Assembly (NCBI GenBank): GCA_021432655.1
Contig: MU271189.1
Coordinates: forward strand, 1-64,000
Length of the DNA: 64,000 bases
Direction of reading: 5' to 3'
From: Atractiella rhizophila
Taxonomy: Eukaryota
Part shown: positions 41,346 through 54,145 of the stretch, in pieces
Layout of the letters: the number at the start of each line of letters is the position of its first letter
Numbering within the stretch: position 1 is the stretch's first letter
Position numbers and translations under genes: made by a program
The notes under the pieces: generated by a model
Seen by the model: only the letters and a program-made list of their open reading frames with translations
Database searches by the model: none
What the model was told of the DNA's origin: nothing

Positions 41346-44300
41346 TTCTAGTGGTTGTGAGTATAAAGATAAGAGGGGTGTTAGTAAAAGTCGTGGAACA
41401 GCCGAAAGTGATAAGGCGACACAAAGATGGAGTCCTCCTTTTTAGGGGATTCGTGGCTATGTCCGTTTAACCCCAAGGGGCCATCTACTGCGCAATATCT
41501 TTCCTTCAGCCCACATCAACATCATAGTACCCATAGTACCTCACAAGCAAGCTGGAAAGAACTTTGTCAGCTGTCGCCCGCAGGCCTCACCTTTGACGCA
41601 CCCAGATTCCCCTTGTCCACTCCAGCATCCGCCGTCGGTTGAGGAAGAGCAGGAATAGTGACTGTCGAAATTCCGATGGACAGATTCCGGCAGTTGCAGG
41701 TGGCCATGAAAGGCTTGATTTAAGGAGAGCAGCAAGAGGCGGTTACAATATCATCGAGCCGTATTTGCCTCTTATGGCACGTGTAGCTCCTGGAGCAAAG
41801 GAAAATCACATCCCATAAGATGGGATCAATAGACCATGGATTTCCTTAAAAGAGTGTTATGTCCTCGCTCTCTTTCCTTTTTTTTCTAAACGCTAAAGTG
41901 ACGCCACACACAAATGCGAAGGCAGCTGAGGCATGAAAGCCTACTTACAGCTACTCCCAATTATTCCTTGCAGATCTTCTACGCCTCATTATCTTATCTC
42001 GATATGCAGGCGTTGAAATTCTCCCTCCGCAGTCCTTCATTTCGCCTGTTATCATCATTGCAGATTTCCGATGTTCGAGATTTTCCATCAGTCATGCATT
42101 CCTTCGCGTACCAAAAGTTGCAACCATGGTTTTCCAGGATGAGCAACTCAGCCGTTCTCACTTTGTTGTATCGACGATAGCACAGTTGCATTGTTTCAAG
42201 TTTTAAAGACGATACCAGTGAGCACGAGGGGTAAGACAACTTATGTTCAGTTGTCAAGAAGGCAAGACAACTGGAAAGTGATTGCACTGAGGGCAAACTC
42301 CTCGTTGTCACTCACTGTGGAGCCCCATTCAGTTGCGACCTCTTTCCAGCTCATGGGTCTTGACTGCAAGAGGGGAAGAACTGTTGAGAAGGTTTATCTC
42401 TTGTGCGCAAAAATCAATCTAATCAAAACTGCATCAGTGGAATAAATGCAAAACTAGCCGTTCGCCATTTTGAGTAAATATATTCTCTGCAATCGCGAGC
42501 TTCTCCGCCATTTCAAATCGTTTTCTTTTTGTGTAAAAGGAGTCAAACTCGTTACATTCGCTCCAAAGCGTTCCCTTGGAGGTATACAGGGTTGAGTGAG
42601 AAAAAGAGGTGGCGATGCTCCGCTATATACCGTCACCATTGCCCGGTTATTTCTCATCCTGCGTATGGGTAGACTGGCACATCAATATCATGAAAGAAAG
42701 GAACTGTGTTGAAATATAGAAACGGCCTTAGGAAAGATAGGCAGAGTATGAACAAGATACAGATTTGTCCGACTTCGGCTAATGGACTTTGTGCGACGAT
42801 GCTCAGAACTGCTATAGGCGGCAAAATCGTGACCCTGACAGACGAAATGGAAAGAGAAGGAGAGTGGTAAATAATGTCGGGATACTCGCGAGTCCCAACA
42901 GTTCCTTCTCTCCGCACTCCTTATGTCGTGGGGACACGATTTCCCTGGCGGGAGTTAACTTGATAAGTGATGTCCAAAAGCGAACGCAGAGGCGATTCAG
43001 ACTACAGCAGGACTCCTCTTTACTGCCTAACCGATGCCTTCTCCTGTGAACAACGCGTTCTCCTCCTACCCGCAGAGACATGACTGTCCTAGACACGTTC
43101 CCTCATCCCTCCGAACAGACACACCGCGCGGAGAGAGAATGGAAGGATTGCGGAGACTGAAAGACAGCCGCAATCAGACGGGAGGATCCAGGGACTGTGA
43201 CTGTCCGGACCGTGAAGCTGTGGAAGTCGGGAGGATCTGGGAAGACTTCCTCCTTCACGGGGTCACATCTGGACCGCCATCCCGTCTTCATCCTAACATT
43301 CTACTTTATTTGGGCATTCAGTCATGCTAGGTTCACAGGATGACGGTCAATTCGCGTCCTCCGATTGTTCATTCCCTCTCCGCCTGCTGTTTTGACGGAC
43401 TCTCGACCCTGACTGGAATGTTGGCCAATGTGCACGCTCACAGATATTCTCAAGCTGCTGTGCGAAACGCACTCATAATTTGCAATCTCAATCAGGAGTA
43501 AGGAATGAAACTCGATGAAACGAGTAATTTCGTGCTTAGACACCTTCCTTCCTTTGCTTCACAGGTTATCATCACAGCTTGTTACCACAACCGATAAAGT
43601 TTAGGACAAAGTTCGGGATGTTGAATCCTGATCGAAATCTGGGGAAGTCGATCTCCCTTTTCTTGGGCTTATCAGTGGAGATCAGTGGAAAGGCACCCCT
43701 CGAGTTTCTCAGTCTTTCAGTCGCCATATGTAACAACTGCTTGCCAAAGCTGACCACACCCTTGCTGGATGGACTCGTCCCTTAGCAACAACTTAGAATT
43801 GGGGGTGTGGATGCTTTGGACACGACACGGCCGCGGATTTTTCTGCTCCTCGGACAGATCAGGACAGACCGGTTTGCGATGCTGCTCGACAAACTCCTTG
43901 CTTTGTGCAGCTCGCGAGAATGTCTTTGTCAAACGTTCATTGGCGTTAGAATTGCTGTGACGTTGGGATCTGCTTGTTAATACTGCAGATTTCCCTTCAA
44001 TTCTCCAAGGACGCAACGCTGCTCTTCTCATTCAGCTCAGCACACAAGCACACAAAGAAGTAATAAAGTTAAGTTTTGGCGTACAGCAGCGCATTTGAGG
44101 CTGTTGAAGGCTACCAGCTACGCTGTGTCAAACAGACGAGGCCGATGAGCTGAGGTGGCGGGCTTCAGAAGCTTCCCTAAACGTGGACGCTGCATGGACA
44201 CCTTTGGTGAGCATCGCAAGATATGAACTTGAACTATCGGCTTTTCGAAGCTTCAGGGAGTGTGCTGCTGGGTCGTCTTCTCTGTAAACTGATCTCACAG

Positions 44301-44518
44301 CCCAAGCTACTACAATTGTACCCTCTTAGTCGACCCTATAAAGCCTAGGTCGGTTGCTTGATCATCACAGCTCGTCTCCATCCAAGCTTCCCTCCCACCA
44401 GTGCATATCTCAGTGCATACCTCTTCCCTCTCCTCTCCGCTCAGTTACCTTGACTAGGATGTAAGTATCTCTTTAGAAATTACGTTTAGAATTCAAACTT
44501 ATTCGAGGGCAGATAATC

Positions 44519-45340
44519 ATGTCCTACTCTACGAGATACCCTGGTTACATTCCACAGTCATATGCCAGTCACGATCTTTCTCACGACACTTCTTCTCATG
44601 GCTATGACTCTGCCTACGGATACGATTATCCAATGGGTCACGAGGATTTCTCTTCTCCAGACTCTTTCTCGTCAGGATACTCGACATACTCGACCTCTCC
44701 ACACTCAGCATTCTTCAATCAGTCACAGATCCCCCAATACACCTACGGAGGATCTGAAGAGGGATACGGTGTTGGTTTCGGTGCCCCCGTGGATTTGAGC
44801 TCTCAATCGACATCTGCCACTTCGCCATCTGGTTCATCTTCTCGAGGCCGCCGGGGTGGACGCGGTCATTCGATTTCTTCTTCAGCCAGCAGCAGGGGTG
44901 GCATCCCAGGTTCCACGTCACCTGCTTTGTATCTGCCACCCTCGACGAGCTCCACCAGCGGTATCTCTGTCGGTTCGAACCCCAACAGCCATCTCCTCGA
45001 AGAACCTATTTACCCTCCCACTGCTCTTCCTCCCCAACCTTATGGAACCGGCCCGTCTCCATTTGCCGTTCCTCACCACCAACCCAAAATTTATGGTTCC
45101 CAAATGGATCGTCTTCCCGAAATCGAGGATCGCATGGCCGAAATCGAGCGTATGACACAGGAAATCCTTCGGCAAAGAGCGCAGGAGACGCTGAACAACG
45201 TTACCTTAGAGGAGGAAATTGAAGCTGAATTGCGTCGACAGGAATTAGAAGAAGCAGAAATCCGAAGAGTGCTCGCTTTGAGAGGCCACGCTCGTGGAGG
45301 TTCTTATTCAAGGGGAAGGGGAACGGGCAGAGGCCTGTGA
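44519..45340 (+). CDS. Low-complexity S/Y/G/P-rich protein with C-terminal coiled coil and RG/RGG repeats
   Basis: Uninterrupted 273-aa ORF. TATAAA at about 44337 and a 5'-UTR intron (GTAAGT 44461 to CAG 44512) directly before the ATG. Confidence 0.75.
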   Translation: MSYSTRYPGYIPQSYASHDLSHDTSSHGYDSAYGYDYPMGHEDFSSPDSFSSGYSTYSTSPHSAFFNQSQIPQYTYGGSEEGYGVGFGAPVDLSSQSTSATSPSGSSSRGRRGGRGHSISSSASSRGGIPGSTSPALYLPPSTSSTSGISVGSNPNSHLLEEPIYPPTALPPQPYGTGPSPFAVPHHQPKIYGSQMDRLPEIEDRMAEIERMTQEILRQRAQETLNNVTLEEEIEAELRRQELEEAEIRRVLALRGHARGGSYSRGRGTGRGL

Positions 45341-45994
45341 ACGACCTTTGACGATTTATTATGTGACAAGGACATTGGTTGATCGTTGACCGTTCATTTT
45401 GGGCTAAAGAGTATGGACAATGGACACATGGACATTTGGGTACCCACAACATCATTCAAAGGCATTCAACGTTCAATTCTTTCCTTTCCTTGACGCATAT
45501 TTTCAAGTCGTTTTCGAAGTTCAGTTCAACCTAGCATCACATTTGTCCTAACACTATTTGTTCTCTTGTAGATGAGCTCTTCCGTTCTCTAGTCTAGTTT
45601 TTCGTATTCTATTGTTGTATTTAGCACGCAAGACGTTTGTAGTGGGGATTTCTTACAGCATGGACTGGCATGGACATATTTTCTTTCCGTGGACACTTTA
45701 TCAAGGACAATTTGTTCCATCTTCAATTTCTGTCTTTTCTTCCTTCTCGGCAAGGACGCGCTCAGGTAGACTTTCGTTATAGTCCCCAAATGTACGATAT
45801 ACTCAAGTTACAGTTGCAAAGCTTTATATCTCGCACGTTATATGCAGAGATCTTGCTACCATTAAGAAAGCTGAGTAGATCAATGCGCAGCCAACGAAGA
45901 AGAGGATCTGAGTAATAAGGAAGCACGGAGTATTGAGCATTGAACACATTGTAAGCTATGATGCTGCATACGATAGGTTATACGTAAGCTGACG

Positions 45995-47933
45995 TTATGA
46001 GAATTGCTTGGAGATGAATTTGGCTGTACAAACCACAGCATTAGTTCCGTATTCGGCTAGTGCTTAGCAAACGTACCAATCGTTTGCAGCTGAATGTTCG
46101 ACGTTCCCTCATAAATTGCGCCAATTTTGGAGTCTCGCCAGTCTACTCGTCTTCAGAGCTCAAGAACAAGGAACGACTTCATCGAAACAACTTACACTTC
46201 TCAATGCCCGTCTCCCTCGTGAATCCCACGCCACCAGCCCACTCGATCGCACTTCCTGACGCCTTCTGAGCAATCTGAGAAGCGTAATACTTCGCCATCG
46301 CCGCTTCCTTCGTAAAGTTCCTTCCTTCCTCCTTCAGTCTGGCAGCGTTATAAGTCAGCAAGCGGCAGCCTCTATCTCCACTGCAACTTCGGCATATTGG
46401 AATTCCATTCCTTGGAACTTTGCGACAGGTTGTCCGAACTGTTTACGCTGGAATGCGTATGCGAGGGAAGTGTTGTATGCTCCTTGTGCTAACCCTAGCA
46501 TCTGAGAGGCAATACCGACGCGTCCTTCGTTCAGAATTTCGATGGCGTATTTGTAGCCTTGCCCTGCATGCATTGATTAGAACAACACGTCAGGACGAAG
46601 ATTTAAACGGACCTTCGACTCCGATGAGGTTCGTCAGGGGAACGCGGACGTCGTCAAAATTCAGGGTGCAGGTTGAAGAAGCTCGGATACCCAACTGTCA
46701 CCATCGATCACGGCTCAGGAAGATACCGGAAGCTTTCAGCCAGAAGACCTGCCTTCTGCTCTTTCTTTGCAATCTCTATTCCCATCTCCTTTTCAACCAA
46801 AAAGCAGGAGATTCCCTTGTACCCTTTCTCCGGTGCCATGTTAGCAAACACCTGCCTCCCTGTCAGGACCTTTTTCCCAAAAGACGCTAAAGCAACGGCG
46901 AACGATGAAGAGCTCAGCTTCTGCCGAGTTGGTAATCCACATCTTTGTGCCGGTGATTGAGTAATGGTCGTCCTTCTTCACAGCCTTGGTTTGCAGTGCG
47001 AACGCGTCTGAACCTGAAGCGGGCTCAGACAGACAAAATGAACCCAGCTATCCAACGACTCAGAGATGTCATGAGAACGAAAAGAACTGAGACTTTACCT
47101 TTTCTGTCGCGAGTTGAGGCAGATACTTGTCCTGGAGCTCTTTCGATGCATACTTCCGTATCAGTGTATTAACCCTGTCAATGGTTCCGTCAATATATTC
47201 GAGTTCGTCGAGTAACTGTTAGCTTACAGTGTGTTGTGGACATCGGCAAGCACAGACACAGATGGATCCACCTTCGCCAGCTCTGCTTAATTCATCAGTA
47301 TACGTATCCAATCTAGAGTGAGTTGTACACGCACCTTCGATAGCAATAATAGCAGAAGTAAAACTGCTCTCCGACCCTCCATGATCTGCCGACGTCTCGA
47401 TTCCCATCAGTCCCTGCTCAAATAAACCCTTGATAATCGCGGGGTCCATTCGCTCGTTCTCATCCATTTCCCTAACCTTGGGGGCAATTACTTCTGTTGC
47501 AAATTTCTGGACTGCAGCACGACGAGAGTAAGTCACGGCATGCCTGAAGACAGAACAAAATGTAGTTCAGAAGGATCCCAGTTGAACAGTTGAGCATCAT
47601 TGGCAATCATGAAAACGCTTCGATGACGACAACGCAACTGTGCTTGATTGCAATTAAGGCATGGAAGTAACGTTGGTGTGCCTGCAGCACACGAGCTTTT
47701 CTGTGTGAGGATAACACGCAACGCGTCGCCCATTTCCTCATTACATTGCTATCAAGATAAGACTAACCTGTCTCTCTCAACATCTCCTCCTCCTCAGTGA
47801 AAGTATACAAGCTATTGACGCTCCCAGACTCTTGACGGCTCGCCGATGAGACTGTGAACTTGCGCTTGCTAACGGCGGCGGCAAAGGATGGACGCAAAGC
47901 GCGGGGGATTTGAGAGCGTGCGATACTGAGCAT
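45995..47933 (-). CDS. Mitochondrial short/branched-chain acyl-CoA dehydrogenase, multi-exon
   Basis: [77 protein letters not shown]. Confidence 0.9.
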
Positions 47934-48353
47934 GATGAAAACCTGGTGCTCGAGAACCTGTATTGAGTCTGTTGAATCCCAACTTCGTCGTTTTATCGTT
48001 GTGTGCTTTGAAAATGCGACCAACCGGAAGGAACCCGAAACGGACGCTCAGGACGGCATCAACGACAGTGCTTAAGGCTGCCAGTGCCAGTGCATGTGGG
48101 ATCGTGGATATCTCTTAAAGATGAAGAACGGTGTGTTGGCTCGGTGAGTGGTCACATTAGCATTCGAGCCTCTGCCGTTGTTCCATCTCATTCTCATTGG
48201 ATTGCTCTGACAGCTGCAGTCTCCTAACTATTTGTTGGTTTGCTCTGTTTGCTCCCCATTTCTTGAGTTTTCCTTCCTCCTTGTAAACTGCAAAGTGCGA
48301 GTACTAAGGCCAGCACTGTAATACATAATTTTATGAAATTAAAAACAGATGTG

Positions 48354-48925
48354 CTACATGGGGTTGTTCTCGACAACATCTCGAATGAGCGCTGTATTAC
48401 CGTAATCTCTAATTTCCTTCACCTTCCCAGAGCTCTCATCCACAACGAAAAACCAGACCTGTCTTTATCCCTCGATGAATCAGGTAGGGATGTTGGAGCA
48501 AGTCAAATGCAGTACCGGTTGTTGTATGACCTCCCATTGTTCTGCGTCGCTGAGCCCGCGACTTCAGCGATTGCCATATTGCCAACCACCTAGTCTTATC
48601 ATATGAACTTGGTTGCTAAGGTGCAGATCGAAGTGATGCTGTCTTACATTTAATGTCACAATCTTTGTACTTATCCCCCCTAGCAAACGAGGCTGAAGAG
48701 CGGCAGGCACGGTAACAAGCCAGCTTTCAAGGTCCTATAACATCTCTCAGCGTCAATGAAATGAGACACATATCGACTAACAAAGATTCCCGTGAGGGTA
48801 ATAGGATCCTTGTGGTCCGCTGAAATCCACCAACGGACTTGTGGAGAAATGAAAGAGAGGAATTGCTCCCACTCATTTCTCTCTGCATGAGCAAACATTT
48901 TCTTGACCAGACTCTCCGTATCCAT
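48354..48925 (-). CDS. SnoaL/NTF2-like fold protein, paralog 2
   Basis: FLSFISPQVRWWISADHKDPITLTG...GNMAIAEVAG...YNN..SGFSLWMRALGKVKEIRDYGNTAL. Confidence 0.75.
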
Positions 48926-49284
48926 ATTGAGGAACTCACATTCCCAAGAGTGATGTCTGGGATGGAGAAGGATGCCTTATAAGACAAATACTCGGCGTGG
49001 AGCGACAGGGATAATCGACAAGCAAGAGGCAACCGCAGTCCAGACCCGTGTTCAAGTTAGAGTATGGAGAGGTTCGTTATCTCCTTATCCTCGGCATGTC
49101 GGTGCTAGCACAATGTTATGGGCGTTCGGCCGCTTCTGCATTCCTTACTCTTGCAGAGGTATCAATGTTATCACTATGCCACACACTTGAAATGTTTTCG
49201 AAACCCGTGGATCTGTGAGCTGTTACCTAACATTATCTGAATCTGCTGATGCAGTTCCCATCTGAGGCGTTGGTTTTCATTGAT

Positions 49285-49893
49285 TTATGCGGTTCCCGGG
49301 TCATTGGTAGTCATGACCTCTCTGCAGAGAGCGGTATTCATATACTCCCTTATCTCCTTCACTTTCCCACTCGTTTCATCGATAACCAAGAACCAAGCCT
49401 GCCTGTCAGCGAGGACAAATACTTCAGCTAGAACGAGGGAATCACAGAGGGGTGTAATTTACCTATTGTTAAACGGCTTTCCATTCTTTTGCTTCGCCGA
49501 ACCTGCGACCTCTGCAATGGCAAGGTTACCAAACACCTTATAACAGGACATGAGCTAGGTTTTTACATGCCAAAGAAGTGCTTCGTACGTTCAAAGTTAG
49601 GAGCTTACTGCTAACAGCCGTCGTACCACCTTCGACTCGTGGTGCAAGACCAGCTGGTACAGTTTGTCTCCAAGTTTGAAGGTCCTGTGAGGATGAAAAG
49701 TAAAGCAAAATAACTTCATTATTTCTTTACGGGAGAATAAGGTACTCACGTAGACGCCCGTCAAATTGATAGGATCCTTTTCATCGGCTGCAATCCACCA
49801 TCTAACGTTGGGGTCAACGTACGAGAGGAACTCTTTCCACTCGTTCTTCTCCGCGTGTGAAAACATCGTCCTTACTATAGTTTCTACGTCCAT
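49285..49893 (-). CDS. SnoaL/NTF2-like fold protein, paralog 3
   Basis: FLSYVDPNVRWWIAADEKDPINLTGVY...GNLAIAEVAG...AWFLVIDETSGKVKEIREYMNTAL. Confidence 0.8.
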
Positions 49894-50246
49894 CCTAATT
49901 TTCTAAGTGAGCTCTCAACTAGCTTTCATCCTTTTATGAGGTTTTGAGCGCCGAATGATTCGTTGACTGGGTCGACGTGGGTCACTCTTAGCGCTCTTAG
50001 CTCAGGTTGTCGCCAGCCTGCCAGCCTGCTCCCGGCTGCTTTTGCGAGCATACATGGCAGCACGACCAAGCTTGCCGAAGAGCAAAGTCAGCACCTTCTT
50101 CATGGCTCATTTCTGCTACTAGTGCCGTAGAATTGCGCGTACGCGGTGACCAGGCGCTTTCGAAACCTTTGTCTCCGTTGTTGATTTGAAAGAAGATGCA
50201 CAAAATACTGGTCAGACATGTCACAGTGGAGTGTCTATTGGAGTTG

Positions 50247-51749
50247 CTATGTGCGAAAGCTAGGAACATACTCCAGCTGATTCTCGTCCGCCATCAAACC
50301 CGCGACGTTGACTCTTCCACTAAATTTTCCGCCGACAAGCTCGATTGGGAACTCTATGTGTTCTTTGGAGATCATCCCTGAGAGTCCGGGGAGCACAAAT
50401 GCAGCTCCCACGAACCACTGTGACGCAAATAAGCAGTGTTTAGATGGTGAAGAATTCAATGACTTACTTCGCACTTAAGATTGGCGGTTTGAAAGCTTGC
50501 ACAGATGGAAGCGGCATCTGGGTCCAGAACGAATTCACCAAAGAATCGTTTCTTTCCATCACGCGCATTGAATCCCATTTCGCTTGTGTCCAACTCGCGT
50601 GCGGAATCGCCAACGACGATATGCTTCAATCTCGCGGGAAGGACTTCCACCAGCGCCTGGCGACCCATGGTAGCGACGCTGGTAGGGACCTTGTTCGTTA
50701 CCTGACGCCCAATATAGATGCGAAGAGAGTTGAGGAGGTGATCATTTTCAGAGGATGTGGCTTGAATGGAGAGAATAAAAGGAATGGAGGTGCCGATGTG
50801 GTATGGCGCGTCGTTGGGTAGAGCGAGCTATGCATCACATCAGCATGTCTGAGTGAGAACACATTCCAAGGAGTGTGTACCTCTATATCTAGTCGACCCA
50901 ACGTCTGTGTCTTAAGTGATTTTTTCAGTTTCACTTCTCTCGTCTCGACCTTCCAGCTGCCAGGATCAGCTTCAGGACCAGGGGGGAACTCTCCAGCCTC
51001 GCGAGCTTTCTTGAACGCGAGACTGGCGTTCGACTCGTTTGGTATGGCGGAGGGGAGATAAACGATGATGATTTTGTGCTTGCTAAGGACCTTGTGCCAG
51101 TGAAGTCCTGCACGATCGACTTCCACTTCGAGCCAGTAGCGAACGCGCTGAGGTGCTCCGGCGACAACCACAGCGTAAGACGGAGGAAGGGGTGTCCAAG
51201 TTTCGCCCTCACGATATTTTGAAGGGAAGCGGAAGGTGAATGGAAACTCGTATCTGCGTCAACGTGTCAAGATGAATGTAAATACTCAAATTGGACGTGG
51301 CCAGGGTACATACGTTCCAGGCAAAAGTCGACCTGCCTTCTCCGTTTTTAAGCCTTGAAAGTTCCGGTTCGCCTCCCAAAGAGTTTCTTTTGCGTTGATG
51401 AGCCAGGTAAGGTTCTCCTTTACAATGTTTTCTTCCTGTTCCAATATTTGCATCAGCAAACCAAGGCAAGAATACTGCGTGCCTGCATAGCTGTCCTGCT
51501 CACGCCTCTAAAGGAGATGGACAGGGCTTCGATCTTCTCTTCCTTCGCTGCCACATTCCAAGTCACCTTCCCCTTGATCTCAGTGTTCTGGGTGTAGATT
51601 GGATGGTCTCCCGTGGAAGGGGCGAAGATGGATATGGTGAAAGCATTGTCGAGGGAATGAAGCGTGTAGACCTGGCCTGCGGCTCCATTCGCTCCGTTAG
51701 ATGGCCCAGAGTAAGCGGGTAAATCGAAGCTGTGTCCGTTGCTGGCCAT
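50247..51749 (-). CDS. Arrestin-fold (alpha-arrestin-like) protein (3' end uncertain)
   Basis: LPAY near the N-terminus, IKGKVTW..IEALSISFRG, FPFTFRFP..LGHPFLPS, VRYWLEVEVDRAGL, SFQTANL. Confidence 0.5.
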
Positions 51750-52239
51750 TACGATGCAGAAAACTGATCAGGGTTATGGTTGGTAACTCGGTCGTGGGAG
51801 CCGAGCAACGAGAGGAGAAGTCTACACGGAGGTGCCTAGAGCAGTCAGTTTATACCTTGCCATTTGCCACTTAGCGAGGTAGGACTGTACCTTGACTGCG
51901 TGGGAGGTGCTGCAGTTGTTGCCACAGGCAAGTCTAAGAGGGCGGACTTGGAGCCGGGAGAGCACACGTTGTGAGCAGATCCAAAAACAGCACCGCCTGT
52001 GGAAGTAGCAATCAGCATTGTCTCGCGGGCAGATCGTCGGGAGATGCCTACCCGACAAACCTGTCAACAGAATAGAGCTTCAGGGAATCCAGGGAATGTT
52101 TCTGTTACCCTGTCGATCTGTTCTTGTTGGATTTTGAAATTGCTAATGTCTCATTTCAAATTAGGCTTTTGTGCCACCGCTCTGTTTGGTTCCGTGACGC
52201 GTTACACGTATCTTGCTTTTCACCAACACCAGTGTGAGT

Positions 52240-52602
52240 ATGGAAAAGGCATCTGTCGAAGCAGAGTAACTATGCTCCCTATATAATGGCCTAAATCTGG
52301 TTATTTACAATTGTAATGGTAGCAATACCTCAGCGCTTCTCAAACTCGGTTTCTTTGCATTCATCCTCGCCGTCCTCCCCATCGTCTCCTATTTCTGGTC
52401 ACTAAACTATCTGTTCGAAGGTACGCTGTCATTTATAATTATTTTAGTTTAAAGCTTACCTGGAGACTTAGGCAAGAATCAGACGTATGCCGCTCTCACA
52501 GCTGTCGTCGTCGCGAATATCATTCTCGTCGGGTATATCGTGGTTGCAGTAAGAGAGGATCAAGAGGACAGAATGAAAGAGAAGGAGAAGAAACAGGATT
52601 GA
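52240..52602 (+). CDS. VMA21: V-ATPase assembly factor Vma21 (missed by the ORF track; 3 exons)
   Basis: Introns 52266-52322 and 52421-52471 give ...LLKLGFFAFILAVLPIVSYF...TYAALTAVVVANIILVGYIVVAVRED...KKQD*, ending in a KKxx ER-retrieval signal. Confidence 0.85.
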
Positions 52603-52830
52603 GGTCTTTATTGGGAACGGAAAGCGGTATAAAGCCAAAAAGTATTACTTCGATGTTTAGTCACGTGACCGCTCTGTTGACATATAACTGGATGACTTCT
52701 GAAGATCTTAATTAAGCATTCATTTGTCATTACAAGCAAGTTGGCGTATTTGTTTGCAGTCGAAAGCAAGAAATGGTCTATTGCTGGTTCCAGACAGAGC
52801 ATAACAATCGACAGTGTGCATGATACATGA

Positions 52831-54036
52831 CTACATGTCCTCTGTGCTCCATTGGTGAGCGGCCAGCCTACCGACCTCTCTCGCGTTCCGTGCCTGCATC
52901 AAGTTCCTCTCGAATCCATTCGACCTATCCACTCCATCCCACCTGAACCCAGGAGGGATACCGAATCGATTTGGAGGCGGTGGCGGGCCGGTGTATTTTG
53001 GTGTTTTTGGTTTGGAGGATGAGGATGCCGTCGTGGTCTTTTTCTGTATATGTATTCAGGGATCAGTGTGTTAGTGGGAGAAAGAACAGTGTTGAAAAGA
53101 CTCACGGTTAGGAAGGCAGCGGCGGGGTCGTTCCACCTCTCCCGCTCTTTGAGCTCTGCATTTAATTCCTCATCATCTGCAAACCTGTTCCACCCAAAAA
53201 CACACACATAAGTACACCGCACAATCACATCTATTTGCCACATATTCCTTGGAAAAAGAAAAGAAAAGAACGGACCTAGCAAGAGGTTTCGACTTCATTT
53301 CCTCCTCCTCCCTCCTCCTCTTCTCCCTCTCCTCCCTCTGAACCAATCCCTTCCCCCACTCCATCCTCTTCATCTCCTTCTCCAACTCACCAGCCTTCTT
53401 CCTCGCCAACTCCGCCTTCTCCCTCTTCGTATCAATCTTCCTTCCGCTCGAATCTCGATAAATCGTCTCGTTATGTGCATCGTCAGCTGGGTCCGGAGAT
53501 GGCGTCCGCCGCTTCTTTTTGCGACCTGGAAGGGTTTGGCCCGGTGCCATTAAACCTCCGACGGGTGGTGTGGGCTCGGTGGGAACGATCTGGGGCTTCT
53601 CGTCCTCTGCTTCGGGTGTAGGCTCCCGTTTTCCGGAGAGAGACTTCCACGCTTTTCCCATCGTTTTTATGTTGTGTATGCGTTCGACGACTATCCAACA
53701 CAGGCAAGAGGGATTGAGCACACCGTTCACTCTTCACAGAGGATGGCGGATGCTGAACCCCGAGAACGGGTAAGAGAACGCACCTGGTCCATCTCGCACT
53801 TCTTCCTCCCCTTGAGCTTTCCAACTATCGTCGTCATCGTCAACTAAGAATCCACTCCCACTCCCTCCACCTCTACTCCCTGATGCTATTCCACTTCCCG
53901 TCGAAGTCAATGGAGAGCCAGACGAGTGGCCAGTTTTGCGCTTCTTCTTTCCAGCCCTCAACAAGATCGCGTCCGCTTTCGGACCTGTCATGTATTTTGA
54001 GGCGAGATACGATTGGAGAGCTTCATCTTTCGGCAT
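52831..54036 (-). CDS. BUD13: RES complex splicing factor Bud13/Cwc26
   Basis: [75 protein letters not shown]. Confidence 0.92.
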
Positions 54037-54145
54037 TTCTATCCCTTCCAAGTTCCTGCTGCCTTCCTTGCTGAGCTGAGTCTGAGTGGTGGTTGTTTGG
54101 GTTTGTTTGTTGAGGTGGACGGAAAAGCGGCAAAGTCGTGTCTCC

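Noticed and set aside
42991..43010. ATTCAGACTAC resembling the 3' conserved region of RNase P RNA
   Set aside because: No complementary GGAA..TCTGA P4 partner was found upstream.
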